DNA of 64,000 nt from Cetorhinus maximus (lineage: Eukaryota). The stretch's first letter is position 1. The number at the start of each line of letters is the position of its first letter. Positions 24,111 to 36,229 of this stretch are shown here, one piece after another. The stretch spans positions 100,378,001 through 100,442,000 of the forward strand of contig NC_135891.1 of assembly GCF_964194155.1 (NCBI RefSeq). Reading direction: 5' to 3'. The translations under genes and the position numbers were made by a program. Under the pieces are notes generated by a model, which ran no database searches, was not told the origin of the DNA, and saw nothing but the letters and a program-made list of their open reading frames with translations.

Positions 24111-26859
24111 GCTGCCGCACTCAAATGCATTGTCCGAACAGCAGCCAGATGTCCTTCCCTGGCAGCCTTTCTGGGCCTGCCTGGACCTTCTTTATACCGG
24201 TTGCCATTGGACCCGGTGACTAACAGGCCCCCGCTACCACTCGGCCCTTCCTGGCAAGTTTCACGCTGGGCAGAGCTTAATTGGCCCGGTCATTAGCAAC
24301 GGTTGATTTCACGGCCACTCCTGGGCCAGCCCACCGCGCCTGCCCGACAAAAGCAAAATTCAGCCCCATGAATCTCTGAAAGTCTGTACTGGTAAAGACT
24401 GTACCTTTATCCAAAACTTCCGGTAGGCCATGTATACTAAAACATTGACGTAGCTTTTCAATAGTTGTGTTCAATGTCAGTGATCCGACTTCATACACAT
24501 TCATCCATTTAGGATGCACATCTACGATCAATAAAAACATGGTACCTAAGAATGGTCCTACATAACCGATATGTAGTCTAACCCAGGGTCAACCAGACCA
24601 CTCCCATGGATGCAATGGAGCTGAAACAGGCAACTTCTGTTTTTGCTGACAATGAAGACAGTGCTTGACCATGTTTTCAATGTCACTGTCTATGCCTGGC
24701 CCAAACATAGCTTCACGCAACCATTTTCATCTTCGATGTGCCTGGATGTGCACTGTGAAGCTCTGTCAAGAGTGGTCCTCTTCCTTGCAAAGGAAGACTC
24801 TTGATCCCCACAAACAGATTCCATCTTGACAACTTAACTCTTTTTCTGCATTGGAATGGTCTCATCTCTTCAGACACTGGTGAATTTGACCACCCTTGCA
24901 ATACAAGGTCTCGGACTTTCGACAAAATTGGATCTCTGTTCGTCCAATTCCTGATTTGCTTTGCACACACACAGGAAGAATCCAAGAAATTCAGCACAAG
25001 CACAACTTCTTGTGGCACTGGAGCATGTACAATGCTATCTGGCAATGGGACACGACTGAGTGTGTCCGCATTTGCAATAGACAAGCCAGGACGGTGCATA
25101 AAGGTATACTCATATGAAGATAATATCAAAACCATATGTTGAATTCTTACTGATGCTATTGGTGGAATGGATTTATCCTCACTGAATAAACCCATTTATG
25201 GTTTATGGTCCAACACTAAGGTGAAATGTCGTCCATGTAGGTACTGGTGGAATTTCTTCACTCCAATTGTCACTGATAAACTTTCCTTTTCTAGTTGGGA
25301 ATAACCCTTCTCGATTGCAGAGAGGGTTCTGGAGACATAGCCAATTGGCCTTTCTGGCCCGTCTCCCATCTTGTGTGACAACACAGCTCCCACACCATAA
25401 GGAGACGCATCACATGTTAATACCAGTTCTTTCGATGGGTCATAATGTCCCAGTAAACATGATGACTGTAATAGCTTCATAACATTCACAAAGGCTGCTT
25501 CTTGTTGCGAATCCCATGACCAACAATGATTCTTTTTTAACAAGTGTTGTGGTGCTAACATGGTTGACAAGTTTGGCAAGAAGCGGCTATAATAATTGAT
25601 CATGTCCGGAAAAGACTCGCGTTCAGTTACATTGGATGGAGTAAGTGCCTCGTTGATTGCCCTAACTTTCTCTTCTAGCAGATGCAAACCTATGGCATCC
25701 ACCCATTGACCCAGGCAAGTAACTTCTGGTGCTTGGAATGTACATTTCTCTTTCTTTAACCATACATCGGCTTCCAAGAACCTTCTTATCACCTTTTCCA
25801 GGTTGGCCAAGTGTTTGGCTTCAGTTGACCCTGTGATCAGAACATCATCTAGGTATACCACTACTTGGGGATGCCTTGCAAAAGATTATCCATTGTCCTT
25901 TGGAATATGGCACATGCACACAAAACTCCAAAGGGCAGGCGAGTACATTGATACAGATTCTTGTGTGTGTTGATGGTTACATACCCTCTAGACATGCTAT
26001 CCAGCTCTAACTGTTAGTAAGCATGGTTTATGTCCAGCTTGGTATAGGATTTGCCTCCAGCTAGCTTTGCATACAAGCCGTCTGCCCTCAGGATAGGATA
26101 TTTGACTAGTTTGTCTGCCTCATTCACGGTCAATTTATAGTCCCCACAAATGCATATCGTTTGGTCAGGTATCACCAGAGGGACAATGGGCGCAGCCCAT
26201 TCCGAAAATTGGACAGGTTGGATGATGCTCAGCTTTTCTAACAGTCACAATGCTGTTTCCACCTTCTCCCTTAGGGCATAAGGCACAGGTCTGGCCTTAA
26301 AGAAATGGGGTATCACCTGAGAATCCACATATATTTTGCTTGCAAGTCTTTTAACTTTCCTAATTCATCATGAAATACACTGTCGTATTTCTTTAACAGT
26401 TCAGGTCCTCCTGTTCTCAAATGAAATATTTAAGACCAGTTGAGCTTAATTTTTTGTAACCAGCCTTGCCCCGAAGACTAGGTCCTGTACCTGTCGCTAT
26501 GATCACTGGAAGCTGGGCTGTCTGTTGCTTAAAGGACACAGGTACTGTGGTGATGTCCTTTACCTGTATGGGTTCTCCAGTGTATGTCTTCAACTGAGTC
26601 GTTGCTCACTCCAGATTCAGTAGCTGGGTACCTTCATTTAGGTATTTAAATGTGTGCTCTCCCACCACTGTGGTTGAAGTTCCCGTATCTACTTCCATTA
26701 TTAGTGGCTTCTCATTAACTTGGATTGTGAGTGTTAGGTTCAGTTTTTAGTGCTGTGACATTGTACACGGTTTAGATATCGGTATCGGCAGCTTCAGGTT
26801 CTGATATATTATTCACTTCAATCATTTTGGTCTGTTGCCTTATGGGCTGCTCCAGTTTC

Positions 26860-27641
26860 ACCCTGCATTGCTTTATTACATGACTTTTCCTATGGCAGTA
26901 AAGGCATTCTGCCTCCTTGAATCTGCAGGTGTCCAGTACATGGTTACCCCAACATCTATAACAGATTAACCTCAGAGTCGCTGCTGAAATGCTTCCACTG
27001 GGCCTTTTTGTTTTTCTAGCAGTAGAGATTGCCTCTCACTTCGCTGCTGTGTCTCTGGTTTTCGCACTACGCCTGGGGGTAGGTTCCCGCCCCACATGAA
27101 GAACGGCGCCATGTTGTAGCTGCTGTAAAGCCTGTGAGTCTCTTGCAGCACTTTCCGTGGTAAGTGCTATTTCCAAGATGCGCTTCAAATCGATGTTGAC
27201 CTCTGCGAGTAAACAGCGCTGAAAGGCATCATCATGAACTCCATAAACTAATCGGTCCCGTGACATAGCACTGAGTGTGTCTCTGAAGTCGCAGTGCTCA
27301 GACAACTGCTTCAGCTTCACTATATAGGTTGTGATGGACTTTCCCGGGGCCCTTACTCTGGAGTTAAACTTAAACCTCTGCATTATTACCGATGGCTTCG
27401 GCTGAAAATGCGTTTTCACGAGGTCTAATATTTCATTAAAGGACTTAGAATTAGGCACATTTGGGGCCATGAGGCTGCGGATGAGATTGTCTGTCTTACC
27501 ACATACGCTCAAAAGAATTGCTTTCTGCTTCTCCTCTGCAGTAATTTCATTCGCCACAAAATAAAAACCAAAGCGTTCTACATACTGGGTCCAGTCTTCC
27601 ATAGTCGCACTATAAGGGTCGATTCTGCCGAAGAGTGGCAT
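26860..27641 (-). pseudogene. Gypsy gag with two zinc knuckles
   Basis: MPLFGRIDPY...DWTQYVERFGFYFVAN...LLSVCG; downstream CYRCWGNHVLDTC and CLYCHRKSHVIKQC in a shifted frame. Confidence 0.88.
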
Positions 27642-27722
27642 GACTACTGAGTATACTCTTCTGTTTTCTTAAGATCTGATGTACTCACATTCACAAGGGA
27701 GGTGCAGTGTCAGAGCGATTTT

Positions 27723-27735
27723 ACCCTTGTCGCCA
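27723..27735 (-). promoter_or_regulatory. Primer binding site, probably tRNA-Ser(GCU)
   Basis: tggcgacaagggt 2 nt after the 5' LTR, close to TGGCGACGAGGAT. Confidence 0.7.
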
Positions 27736-27737
27736 AA

Positions 27738-27949
27738 TGTAATGACTTGACGTACCAGACAGGTCTCTACTTGAAAAAGATAACTTTACTACAGAGAGCT
27801 TTTCAGAAGCTACATGCTTGAACCAGGCCCTCGACTAGAAAGCCACGACCTCTGGATTACCAACACTTAGAGCCCATTGGTCGGAGTCTCCAAGAACAAT
27901 CATGTGACCCCGATAGGCAGTAGGAAAGGCAATAACTTCAATTACTACA
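27738..27949 (-). repeat. 5' LTR
   Basis: Direct repeat of 21162-21374 with roughly 25 differences counted by eye (~88% identity). Confidence 0.92.
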
Positions 27950-28068
27950 GTGACTGGGAAGCTAATTGGTAGCATTTGTTTCTAGGTTACTTTTACTATG
28001 TGTAAGTAATGCTATGCTAACTAAAGCACATTGAATCTGTTTCGCGTATGTTTTGTGTTGAGATATTT

Positions 28069-28440
28069 GGGACAGAGTTTTCCTGGCCCTGTCGAGATGA
28101 AGTTGAAGGTGGTTGGCGGTGAGGCGGGGGGGTGGTGGGGGGGTGGTGTTGGTGGAGGGGGAGCGGAAGGTGGCAGTGGGGGGATTGGGTTCTGGAAAAT
28201 AGCCACCTCTCCCTTTGGGGTTGCTGAGGTTACAGGGCTTCCGGGGCTCTGATTGGGCCAGCAGCATCGAGAGACCAACCAAGTTCCTTGGAATGCAAGC
28301 ACCAAGGCAGCCAATTAGCCAATTACGAGGTCACCTCTGGAAATATTGCAATGCAGGTCTCGCTGCCCGGCAAATGCAGGCCCGGGGCCCCCATTTGGTC
28401 CCAGCATCGGGGTCTTAAAGCTCATGGGAAAATCCTACTC
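28069..28440. mobile_element. Harbinger-type MITE (decayed)
   Basis: Ends gggacagagttttcc / gggaaaatcctactc; ctctgattgggcc motif. Confidence 0.5.
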
Positions 28441-30370
28441 ATGCTGCCAGAGCTTTTGTCAGGTTTGTTTTTGCTGTTTTAACAATCAGTCCTCTGAATT
28501 ATAAAATATGATCACTGTGGACAGGGATCTGATGATCTTGTGAGGCTCACCTAGCCAATGTTGAACCCCTAGAGGTGAAATGTAGCCACGGTATTGGGCC
28601 TGCATATCCAGACACTGAGTCAGAACCATACCACATTTTGGGGACGGAGGAGGTGCGATGTTGTGGGCCATGTACAAGATGCACAGATATTGGTGTGTGG
28701 GAATCTGCAAACAGTCTGACAATGAGGTGACCCCTCCTTGACTCCAGATACTTCAGTGGGGTCAGGAGCAGAGGTCACAGACACCTGCTCTTCTGCAATT
28801 CTGCCAGAAGGCAGCTTCATGCATTTCTGGATTCCAGATATAGAATAAGGATGGCTGTTCCCCTGTAGCCAGGATTACACTTTGATGGTAATGGCTCATT
28901 TCAAACTGCTGCAGGGGTAGATTTGCCACATCAGTCATGAAAAGCAGAGTGTTCGCTGAACACCTGAGAATTATTTCCCAGAACTTGCAGCAAATGTCTT
29001 GGGTCCTGTTGGAATCCACTGCTCTCCGATACAGTACCATCAGGAAAGCTGTGTCTGCATTGCCAGCAGAAATGGATCACATGACAGCATCACTGTAGCC
29101 CACAGCTATCTGCTCCCTACTCTCACCGCAGCAGGACAAGTTAATGTCTCTTCTTTACCATCAGAAGCACCAACTACAGTCCAGGTACAACTAGAGTGGG
29201 AGCTGCATTCTGGCTTTCAGATACAGGGCTGGTTTGCAGGAAACCAGGGTTGGGTGGCCCTGGACTAGTGTCTGTGGCATAGGCTAATCATCCAACATGA
29301 GGATGCTGTTTCTTGGGCTAACGGTACATGTCACATCCCCGCTGTAGGACAACAGAGACCTGCTGACAGAATGTCGGATACAGGGCAGGCTACCTCACAT
29401 GGGGGAGGTCATCTGGTACCCGCCCCAGGGCAGGGTCAGATTTTAGCCTGAACCCTGTGTAGCAGCTCGAGGTCAGTCATATCAGTTGCTGCTGCAGGGG
29501 GCGATTCTGGAAACGGTCCGGTGGGCTTTCCATTCCTTCTATGGTTGACTGCATAATTTCCATGCTGTGTTTCAATGTCACGCATGCAGGTTGTGGACTC
29601 CTCCTCTCTTACTGCCGTGTCTTGAAATTTTCTGATCATATTCCCTAAACTATCTAATATATTGTCAAAAAAACAATCTTAATGTTCATGTATTTTGAAA
29701 GTGAATGGCAGGATACTGCAAAATGTGTTTCTCAATGTCCACCAACTGTAGACAGTTCCTATTGCCCTCATTCCTGAAATTGTGCTCATCTGTGGACAAA
29801 TCTTTCCAGGTTTCCTGTGCTTTTTTTCACCTTCAAGGGAAGTTGCTAAATATGGTTTACATTCAACATTTACCACGGGGGCATTAAAAACACAGTTCTA
29901 GTTAATTCACGATAACATTTCATGGTATTGATTTGCTGTCTTTTTAATTTAACTATACACACATAAGTTTGGTATAAAATATACACTGTTGCTCCTGAGT
30001 TTAGAGTAACGGGGAAGGAGGTGAGAAGTTAATCATGCAGGTAAAAAAATGTACAAATTAACTGTAAGTATTGGCCATAGGGAGTAATGATTTGCATTTC
30101 ATCAAATGTTCCTTTCTAGTTGGATATTACCTGGAATCTATAGCACCATTGGGCCCATCTGGTCTATGATGGCATTGATGTGCCTTACATGTCTCTTCCC
30201 ACTCTAATTATCTCTTCACACCCTGTCTTCATATCCCACTAGTCCCTTGTTCCTCATTGTGTACATCAAGTTTTGCCTTTAAAATCTCAATGCTATTTAC
30301 ACATTCTGACCAATCTCTGAGAGAATTGATATAAAAGAAAATTGTTCCTAAATTCTTCATTCAATCCATT

Positions 30371-31420
30371 TGTTGTGCCCAGACAAGATACCCCAAATTG
30401 CTATGCTCTCGAGTGAGGAGGAATGAGCTGGCCCCCCTTCTTTATTCAACACCCTTGGTTGGCCGCAACAAGGTTAATTTAGAAAGGATCCCTTCTCACG
30501 TGGATACCTTTTCCCAGCCCAAATGTATTTATGTTTTAAAAGGAACTAATTTAACCAGGCTTTCCTGAGTCAAAGAAAGAGTAAGTTTATCAGTTACTAA
30601 AACGTGAGAAAAAATAATAAAAATGCAACACGCAAACACAGACATTGGAAGTGAGAAATTGAGTCCAAAAACAAAAGTTAAAAAAGATGTACAGATCAGT
30701 CTTTGGCATGTCTGTGAGGAGTAGATGGTTAAACATTGCAGCTGTTAAGTTGGTTGTTTCCTGTAGAGCTGACTTTGGCAGTTGAGCAGTTGGTTTGGAG
30801 ATTCATGGTTCTACAGGTTAGCTGAAAGGACTTGTCCTGTTTCCATTTTAACTGTGGCTTTGCTGACTTGTGACTTGCCTCCAATCAATCAGAGAGAAGC
30901 TTTTTACCTGCAAGCGCAGGGATGTCTAGTTGATGTCCTTCACCTGTGACCTTCACAGCACACTCGCGCACCAGAACAGAAGAGCAAAACTGGCACACAG
31001 AGACCAGGGTTGCAATTGACATTTAGCCCCTTTTCCTGGGAGAGAAAAACAAACATGTCTTTCACCCAGAAACTGCTTTTTTTCAACTTAGTTCATGTCC
31101 ACAGTCTGGGATAGAGCCCAACAGGAGATGGTTTCTGCTGAGCTGGCATTCTGCCTTTATTATCTCTGTTCAGTTTTTGCCTTGCATCTCTCCCTTTGGA
31201 GTGTCTCTGTCTGAAGTGGCATTGACACCTTTTAGTTGTGCCAGTTTGTTCTTTTTGGGGTAGTTGGTCAAGTGTGATCTACATAAGAATTTTCCAGCAA
31301 GTGGTTACTTTACATTCTCAGCCAACTTTTGCTTGTATGTCCTTTTTTAAAAACACATGTCTTACTTAAAAGTTCAATATGTCTGTAAGTAATTCGGGGT
31401 TATGAACCGTGGCCCTGACA
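30371..31420. mobile_element. Probable solo LTR (~1.05 kb) interrupting an old CR1 fragment
   Basis: Begins tgttgtgccc, ends ggccctgaca (TG..CA with short inverted ends); CR1-like sequence on both sides (30130-30370, 31421-31480); no clear TSD. Confidence 0.45.
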
Positions 31421-31860
31421 GTGGCTAGTTTATACTTATGCCACCTTATTATAGACAAAACCAGTCCTTCTTGTCTTCATGAAATAGAATTGGGAAAAAT
31501 GTTATTTGCTGCCATTTACTAACAGAGAGTGCAATTATGTAAATCTTGCCAAAATCCATCTTTTACATCCAGTATCATTTTAATGAAAGTCACGGAGCAT
31601 TTTCCTGCTCCTTCTCCCTCCTCAGATAATGAAGGGTCCGAAACCCCATTGTTAGAATACATTTTTTTAAATATTCCGCTCTTAATAATGTTAAAGAAAC
31701 GCAGCAGTTGCAACTGCTTCTAACACACATTTATTTTCAGAGAATATATGATTACATCAACAGATTCTAATTTTGAATACGGGTATTCAGTTTTTTTAAA
31801 AAATTTGCGCTTTCCATATATGGTATAATTTTAATTAATATAAAATTAAACAAGTTCAAG

Positions 31861-32297
31861 CAGGGTTCCCAAACGGTGGGTGGTGAGTCACGGGATGAGG
31901 GCGTGGGGTCGCAAGGTCTGAGACAGCAATGGCAGTCATGGAGCAGACACTCTGTTCCTTAGCCAGCTCCAAGGTCTCATGATGCGTGCACGCGATTAAC
32001 TGTTAAAATATTTCTGTATTGCTCTGAAGGAGTATAAACTTCAGAAAGTGTTTAGTAAACACCCCCAACAATGATAAAAATATCATCTTGTCTTTTGTGC
32101 ATTATGTTATTTTCTAGATCTTCTCCAGTTTTGAAACAGAAACAGATTTGTCAAACATTTCTTTATAGTCCATTTAAATGGCTGGGCTTTTGTTGGCTTT
32201 TGTTGTTAGTTCGCCCTCAGTTACGCATTTTGTGCAGATTCCACAGCTTCAGTCTACATTTTTAAGAAAGGAAATATGGAGATTTGGGAATCGGAAA
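31861..32297. mobile_element. Possible hAT/Charlie-type element
   Basis: Left end cagggttcccaaac...ggggtcgc resembles Charlie TIRs; only a weak right-end match (tttgggaatc). Confidence 0.35.
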
Positions 32298-33084
32298 AGT
32301 CTAGTCTGAATATTACATCACATAGCAGATCAGTTGATATCTCTACTGTTAATATCAAAATAATTAGTGGCATTGCAAACTTGACAACTACATTTGAAGA
32401 TTAAAGAGGAAGGGAATAAAAATGGAGTAAAAAAAAAATCTCAAGCCAGTGAACTGTTGAAATTGTAAAAGAAATTCCACTATAATTCGGTCTGTTTGTA
32501 TTCAGTTGTATTTCCTCTCTACAGTGGACCTGCACACTAATTCAATTTCCCCAAATCCCGATTCTCAGTCTTGTTTGACAGAGGTGGCATCTGAATCAGT
32601 GCAGTAAACAAAGCAATCCACCAGGGGTTTAAGCAGCAGTACTTCTGGGGAAGCATGGGAGGATTACTCCCACTGCTGTATTGATTTGCCCTTCATCTGT
32701 TTGAACAATGAATAGCTGTGTTGCCCTGCTGCTCTTTATCTTCCCAATGCCTCTGTGTGAAACAGCGACCCAGCTGTAGTTACTTTAGAGACGCAACCTC
32801 ACCCCTGTTACTATAGTGATGATAACATAACTGAGGAAGTCACATTCCATTTGGTTTCTGCATGGCAAATAGGGTGTTGCTAGTAGGGCTCAGGATTGTA
32901 ATGACTCTGACCTTGATTGGTCGAGACCAAGTCCTGGCACTTTAACAAATAAAGTTGTGTCATATGATTTACTGGTCAGTAAACCATTGCAAGTCCCTCC
33001 AACATAGCAGGGTGACAAGGACTAAGGAATAGTGATCTATAAATATTGTGAAAACAATAAAACAATTTCTAATACCTTGTCAGT

Positions 33085-33460
33085 CTTTCCACCCCACCCC
33101 CCCCTAGAGCTGTACCTTGAGTGTCCTGCCATCCATTCTTAATTAGCACTTTTCTTAGATAATATCACTACCTTCAACACCCCTTTGATCCTTTTGTCTG
33201 TGACATCTTTTGATTATCTGCTCCTATCACTGCTTGCTTGTCCCTACAACCACCCCACCCTCAACTTCTCTCCCCCCGCCCCCCACCTTAAACCAGCTTA
33301 TATTTCACCCCTCTCCTAACTATACTTCAGTTCTGTTGAAGGGTCATGTGGACTCGAAACGTCGACTCTTTTCTTCTCCACCGATGCTGCCAGACCTGCT
33401 GAGTTTTTCCAGGTAATTCTGTTTTTGTTTTGGATTTCCAGCATCCGCAGTAGTTTTTTG
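33085..33460 (+). mobile_element. Penelope-like terminal fragment with hammerhead motif (33329-33367)
   Basis: Colinear with 3000-3378; agtt-CTGTTGA-a-gggtc atgtg gactc-GAAACGTC-gact. Confidence 0.75.
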
Positions 33461-33820
33461 TGAAAACAATTAAGTTCACTGTTCTTACTTTTAAAAAATA
33501 TAAGTCCCATTTTTTATGGTTTGATTATGCTATTTTTCTACAGCTTGGTTAATTTATAATTTTCTTTTTAGATACCAGATATTAAATTAATTTGGAGGTA
33601 ATTTTGACTGTGGTCTATTCGTGCAGGACCGATGATATCATTTCAGCTGCCCATAATATACCTCTTCTTGTTTTCAACTCTGTGAAGTCAATAGTAATGA
33701 CTCAGATGTGAAATGGGCAGATGATCCTGTTCTATACTACAGCCCAGGGTTATTACGCTTGATTAACAAAGCTCCACCACTTTTCTTGACAGCCCCCCTT
33801 TGAGAGTTAGTGAACACTAT

Positions 33821-34576
33821 GAGTGGAATTTAGTGGAGTCTACTGGAGCGGGCAAGATGATGGGTAGGGGTTGGGAAGGATCTCGGAGAATCATGTGGGA
33901 AATCGTGCATCTGACTCCTGAGGTGAGAAAACTGTTCTGCATTAAGTGAGCAGCAGGAAGGGGACCAATGTAAGAAACTCACCTGCTAACAGTGGGAGGC
34001 AATTAGGCTCATCAATGAGCCATTTAAATCTAATTACCCCTGAGCCCACTGCGATTTAACAGTGCCTCAACAATTGAACAAGACTTGGGTCTCATAGGTC
34101 TCTAGAAATCTGTCCAGCCAGTCAAGCTTGCCAGAGGCCTACTTGGGGCGGGGGGAGAGGGGCACTCGTTTACAAGCACTCAGTGCCCAATCGAGGAACC
34201 CAGCTTTGGGAAGGGATGGGTGCACTGAAAGCCTACCCCCTTGCACCCAACCCCTTCTCTCTGACCCCAGGCTTCTCCAATTACCTCTTTCCGGGAATCC
34301 AGTGACAATCCCTGGAGAAGGCCTGGGTGTGTTATCGACAGCAGCCACTGCTCCCAGTGACACTGCTGGTACTGGAGAGCCACCAGCCTCTGATTGGCCG
34401 CCAGCTCTTGGGGTTGGAATTTCCACCCTACTCGGGTCTAAATCCAACGGGAAGACCAATGCTGTCCAGGTAAAAGCTGCTTACCTGGGCATTGGGTTGG
34501 GCCTCCTGTTGAAAGGCACACAGAGCTCCCATCAGTTCTCCAACTAGACCCCCATTGAAACAACTAAATTCCACCC
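33821..34576. mobile_element. Harbinger-type MITE
   Basis: Ends gagtggaatttagtgg / caactaaattccaccc; TSD TAT/TGT; gcctctgattggcc motif. Confidence 0.72.
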
Positions 34577-34625
34577 TGTATCGGCTGGTTGCTTGCCTGC
34601 CCTTTTGTTACCGTGGCCTGTTTTA

Positions 34626-36050
34626 GGGTGTGAGGGTGGCCTGGGTCCAGGGTGTGGGAGCAGCCTGGGGTCAGGGTGTGGGAGCAGCCTGGGGTCAGGG
34701 TGTGGGAGCAGCCTGGGGTCAGGGTGTGGGAGCAGCCTGGGGTCAGGGTGTGGGAGCAGCCTGGGTCCAGGGCGTGGGAGCAGCCTGGGGTCAGGGTGTG
34801 GGAGCAGCCTGGGGTCAGGGTGTGGGAGCGGCCTGGGGTCAGGGTGTGAGAGCAGCCTGGGGTCAGGGTGTGGGAGCAGCCTGGGGTCAGGGTGTGGGAG
34901 CAGCCTGGGGTCAGGGTGTGGAGCTGCCTGGGGTCAGGGTGTGGGAGCAGCCTGGGGTCAGGGTGTGGAGCTGCCTGGGGTCAGGGTGTGAGAGCTGCCT
35001 GGGGTCAGGGTGTGAGAGTAGACTGGGGTCAGGGTGTGGGAGCAGCCTGGGGTCAAGGTGTGAAAGCTGCCTGGGGTCAGGGTGTGGGAGCAGCCTGGGG
35101 TCAGGGTGTGGGAGCAGCCTGGGGTCAGGGTGTGGGAGTAGCCTGGGGTCAGGGTGTGGGAGCAGCCTGGGGTCAGGGTGTGAGAGCTGCCTGGGGTCAG
35201 GGTGTGGGAGTAGCCTGGGGTCAGGGTGTGGGAGCAGCCTGGGGTCAGGCTGTGGGAGTAGCCTGGGGTCAGGGTGTGGGAGTAGCCTAGGGTCAGGGTG
35301 TGGGAGCAGCCTGGGGTCAGGGTGTGGGAGCAGCCTGGGGTCAGGGTGTGGGAGCAGCCTGGGGTCAGGGTGTGGGAGCAGCCTGGGGTCAGGGTGTGAG
35401 AGCTGCCTGGGGTCAGGGTGTGGGAGCAGCCTGGGGTCAGGGTGTGGGAGTAGCCTGGGGTCAAGGTGTGGGAGTAGCCTGGGGTCAGGGTGTGGGAGCA
35501 GCCTGGGGTCAGGGTGTGGGAGCAGCCTGGGGTCAGGGTGTGGGAGCGCCTGGGGTCAGGGTGTGAGAGCTGCCTGGGGTCAGGGTGTGAGAGCTGCCTG
35601 AGGTCACAGTGTGAGAGCGGCCTAGGGTCAGGATATGGAAGCAGCCTGAGATCAGGGTTTGAGAGTGGCCTGGGTTCGGGATGTTGGAGCGGCCTAAGTT
35701 CAGGAAGCGGGAGGGGCCTGGTTTCAAGGTATGGGAGCGTCCTGGGGTCAGAGTGTGGGAGCATCCTGGGGTCAGAGTGTAGGTGCGACCTGGGGTCAGA
35801 GTGTAGGAGCTGCCTGGGTTCAGTGTATGGAAGCAGCCTGGTTACAGGGTGTGGGAGCGGCCTGGGGTCAGGGTGTGGCAGCGGCCTGGGGTCAGGGTGT
35901 GGGAGTGGCCTGGGGTCAGGGTGTGGGAGCGGCCTGGGGTCAGGGTGTGGGAGCTGCCTGAGTTCAAGGTATGGGAGGGGCCTGGAGTCAGAGTGTAGGA
36001 GCGGCCTGGGGTCAGGGTGTTGGAGTGGCCTAGTTACAGAATGTGGGAGC
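34626..36050 (+). repeat. G-rich 24-bp minisatellite (ggagcagcctggggtcagggtgtg), about 55-60 units
   Basis: Directly visible; homogeneous to ~35600, diverged after. Confidence 0.97.
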
Positions 36051-36229
36051 CAGGTTTTGGAGTGTTTTGAACTCTACTGACACCAGCGTAAGTTATAAAA
36101 CTGTCTGAAAATCAAGTAAATGGAGTCAGTGCAGAAAACCAGGCGTCATAAGAAGGGGTCAGGGAGGTTGGGGCTTGCAAAATGCCCTTTCTGAAGTTTG
36201 CAGTGTCATGTTGTTGGTGCTATGTACAA

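Larger units (their letters stand above)
22182..24366. mobile_element. Internally deleted Harbinger/PIF transposon nested in the Gypsy integrase
   Basis: Ends cggcagagtttt / aaaattcagccc; exact TSD CAT; removing it restores integrase FQRFM-SLNG. Confidence 0.92.
21680..26710 (-). pseudogene. Gypsy pol (PR, RT, RNase H, IN), frameshifted and interrupted
   Basis: MEVDTG (~26690), ICGDYK, VYLDDVLI, LTCDASPYGVGAVLSH, ELHSAHPG, YHPSSNGLAERVVQTFK, YRTTPHSTTG. Confidence 0.92.
21162..27949 (-). mobile_element. Full-length decayed Ty3/Gypsy LTR retrotransposon (Mag-like)
   Basis: Two ~213-bp TG..CA LTRs; 5-bp TSD ctgac/gtgac; PBS and PPT; gag-PR-RT-RNaseH-IN order on the minus strand. Confidence 0.95.

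Noticed and set aside
31595-31720. Polypyrimidine tract plus AG acceptor (ctccttctccctcctcag)
   Set aside because: No convincing downstream donor or recognisable coding sequence.
34593-36080. Long ORFs with (GSSLGSGC)n or (GAAWGQGV)n resembling keratin-associated or loricrin-like proteins
   Set aside because: A stop-free 24-bp unit opens several frames on both strands; 1-2 bp unit deletions shift frames; no ATG start or gene structure.
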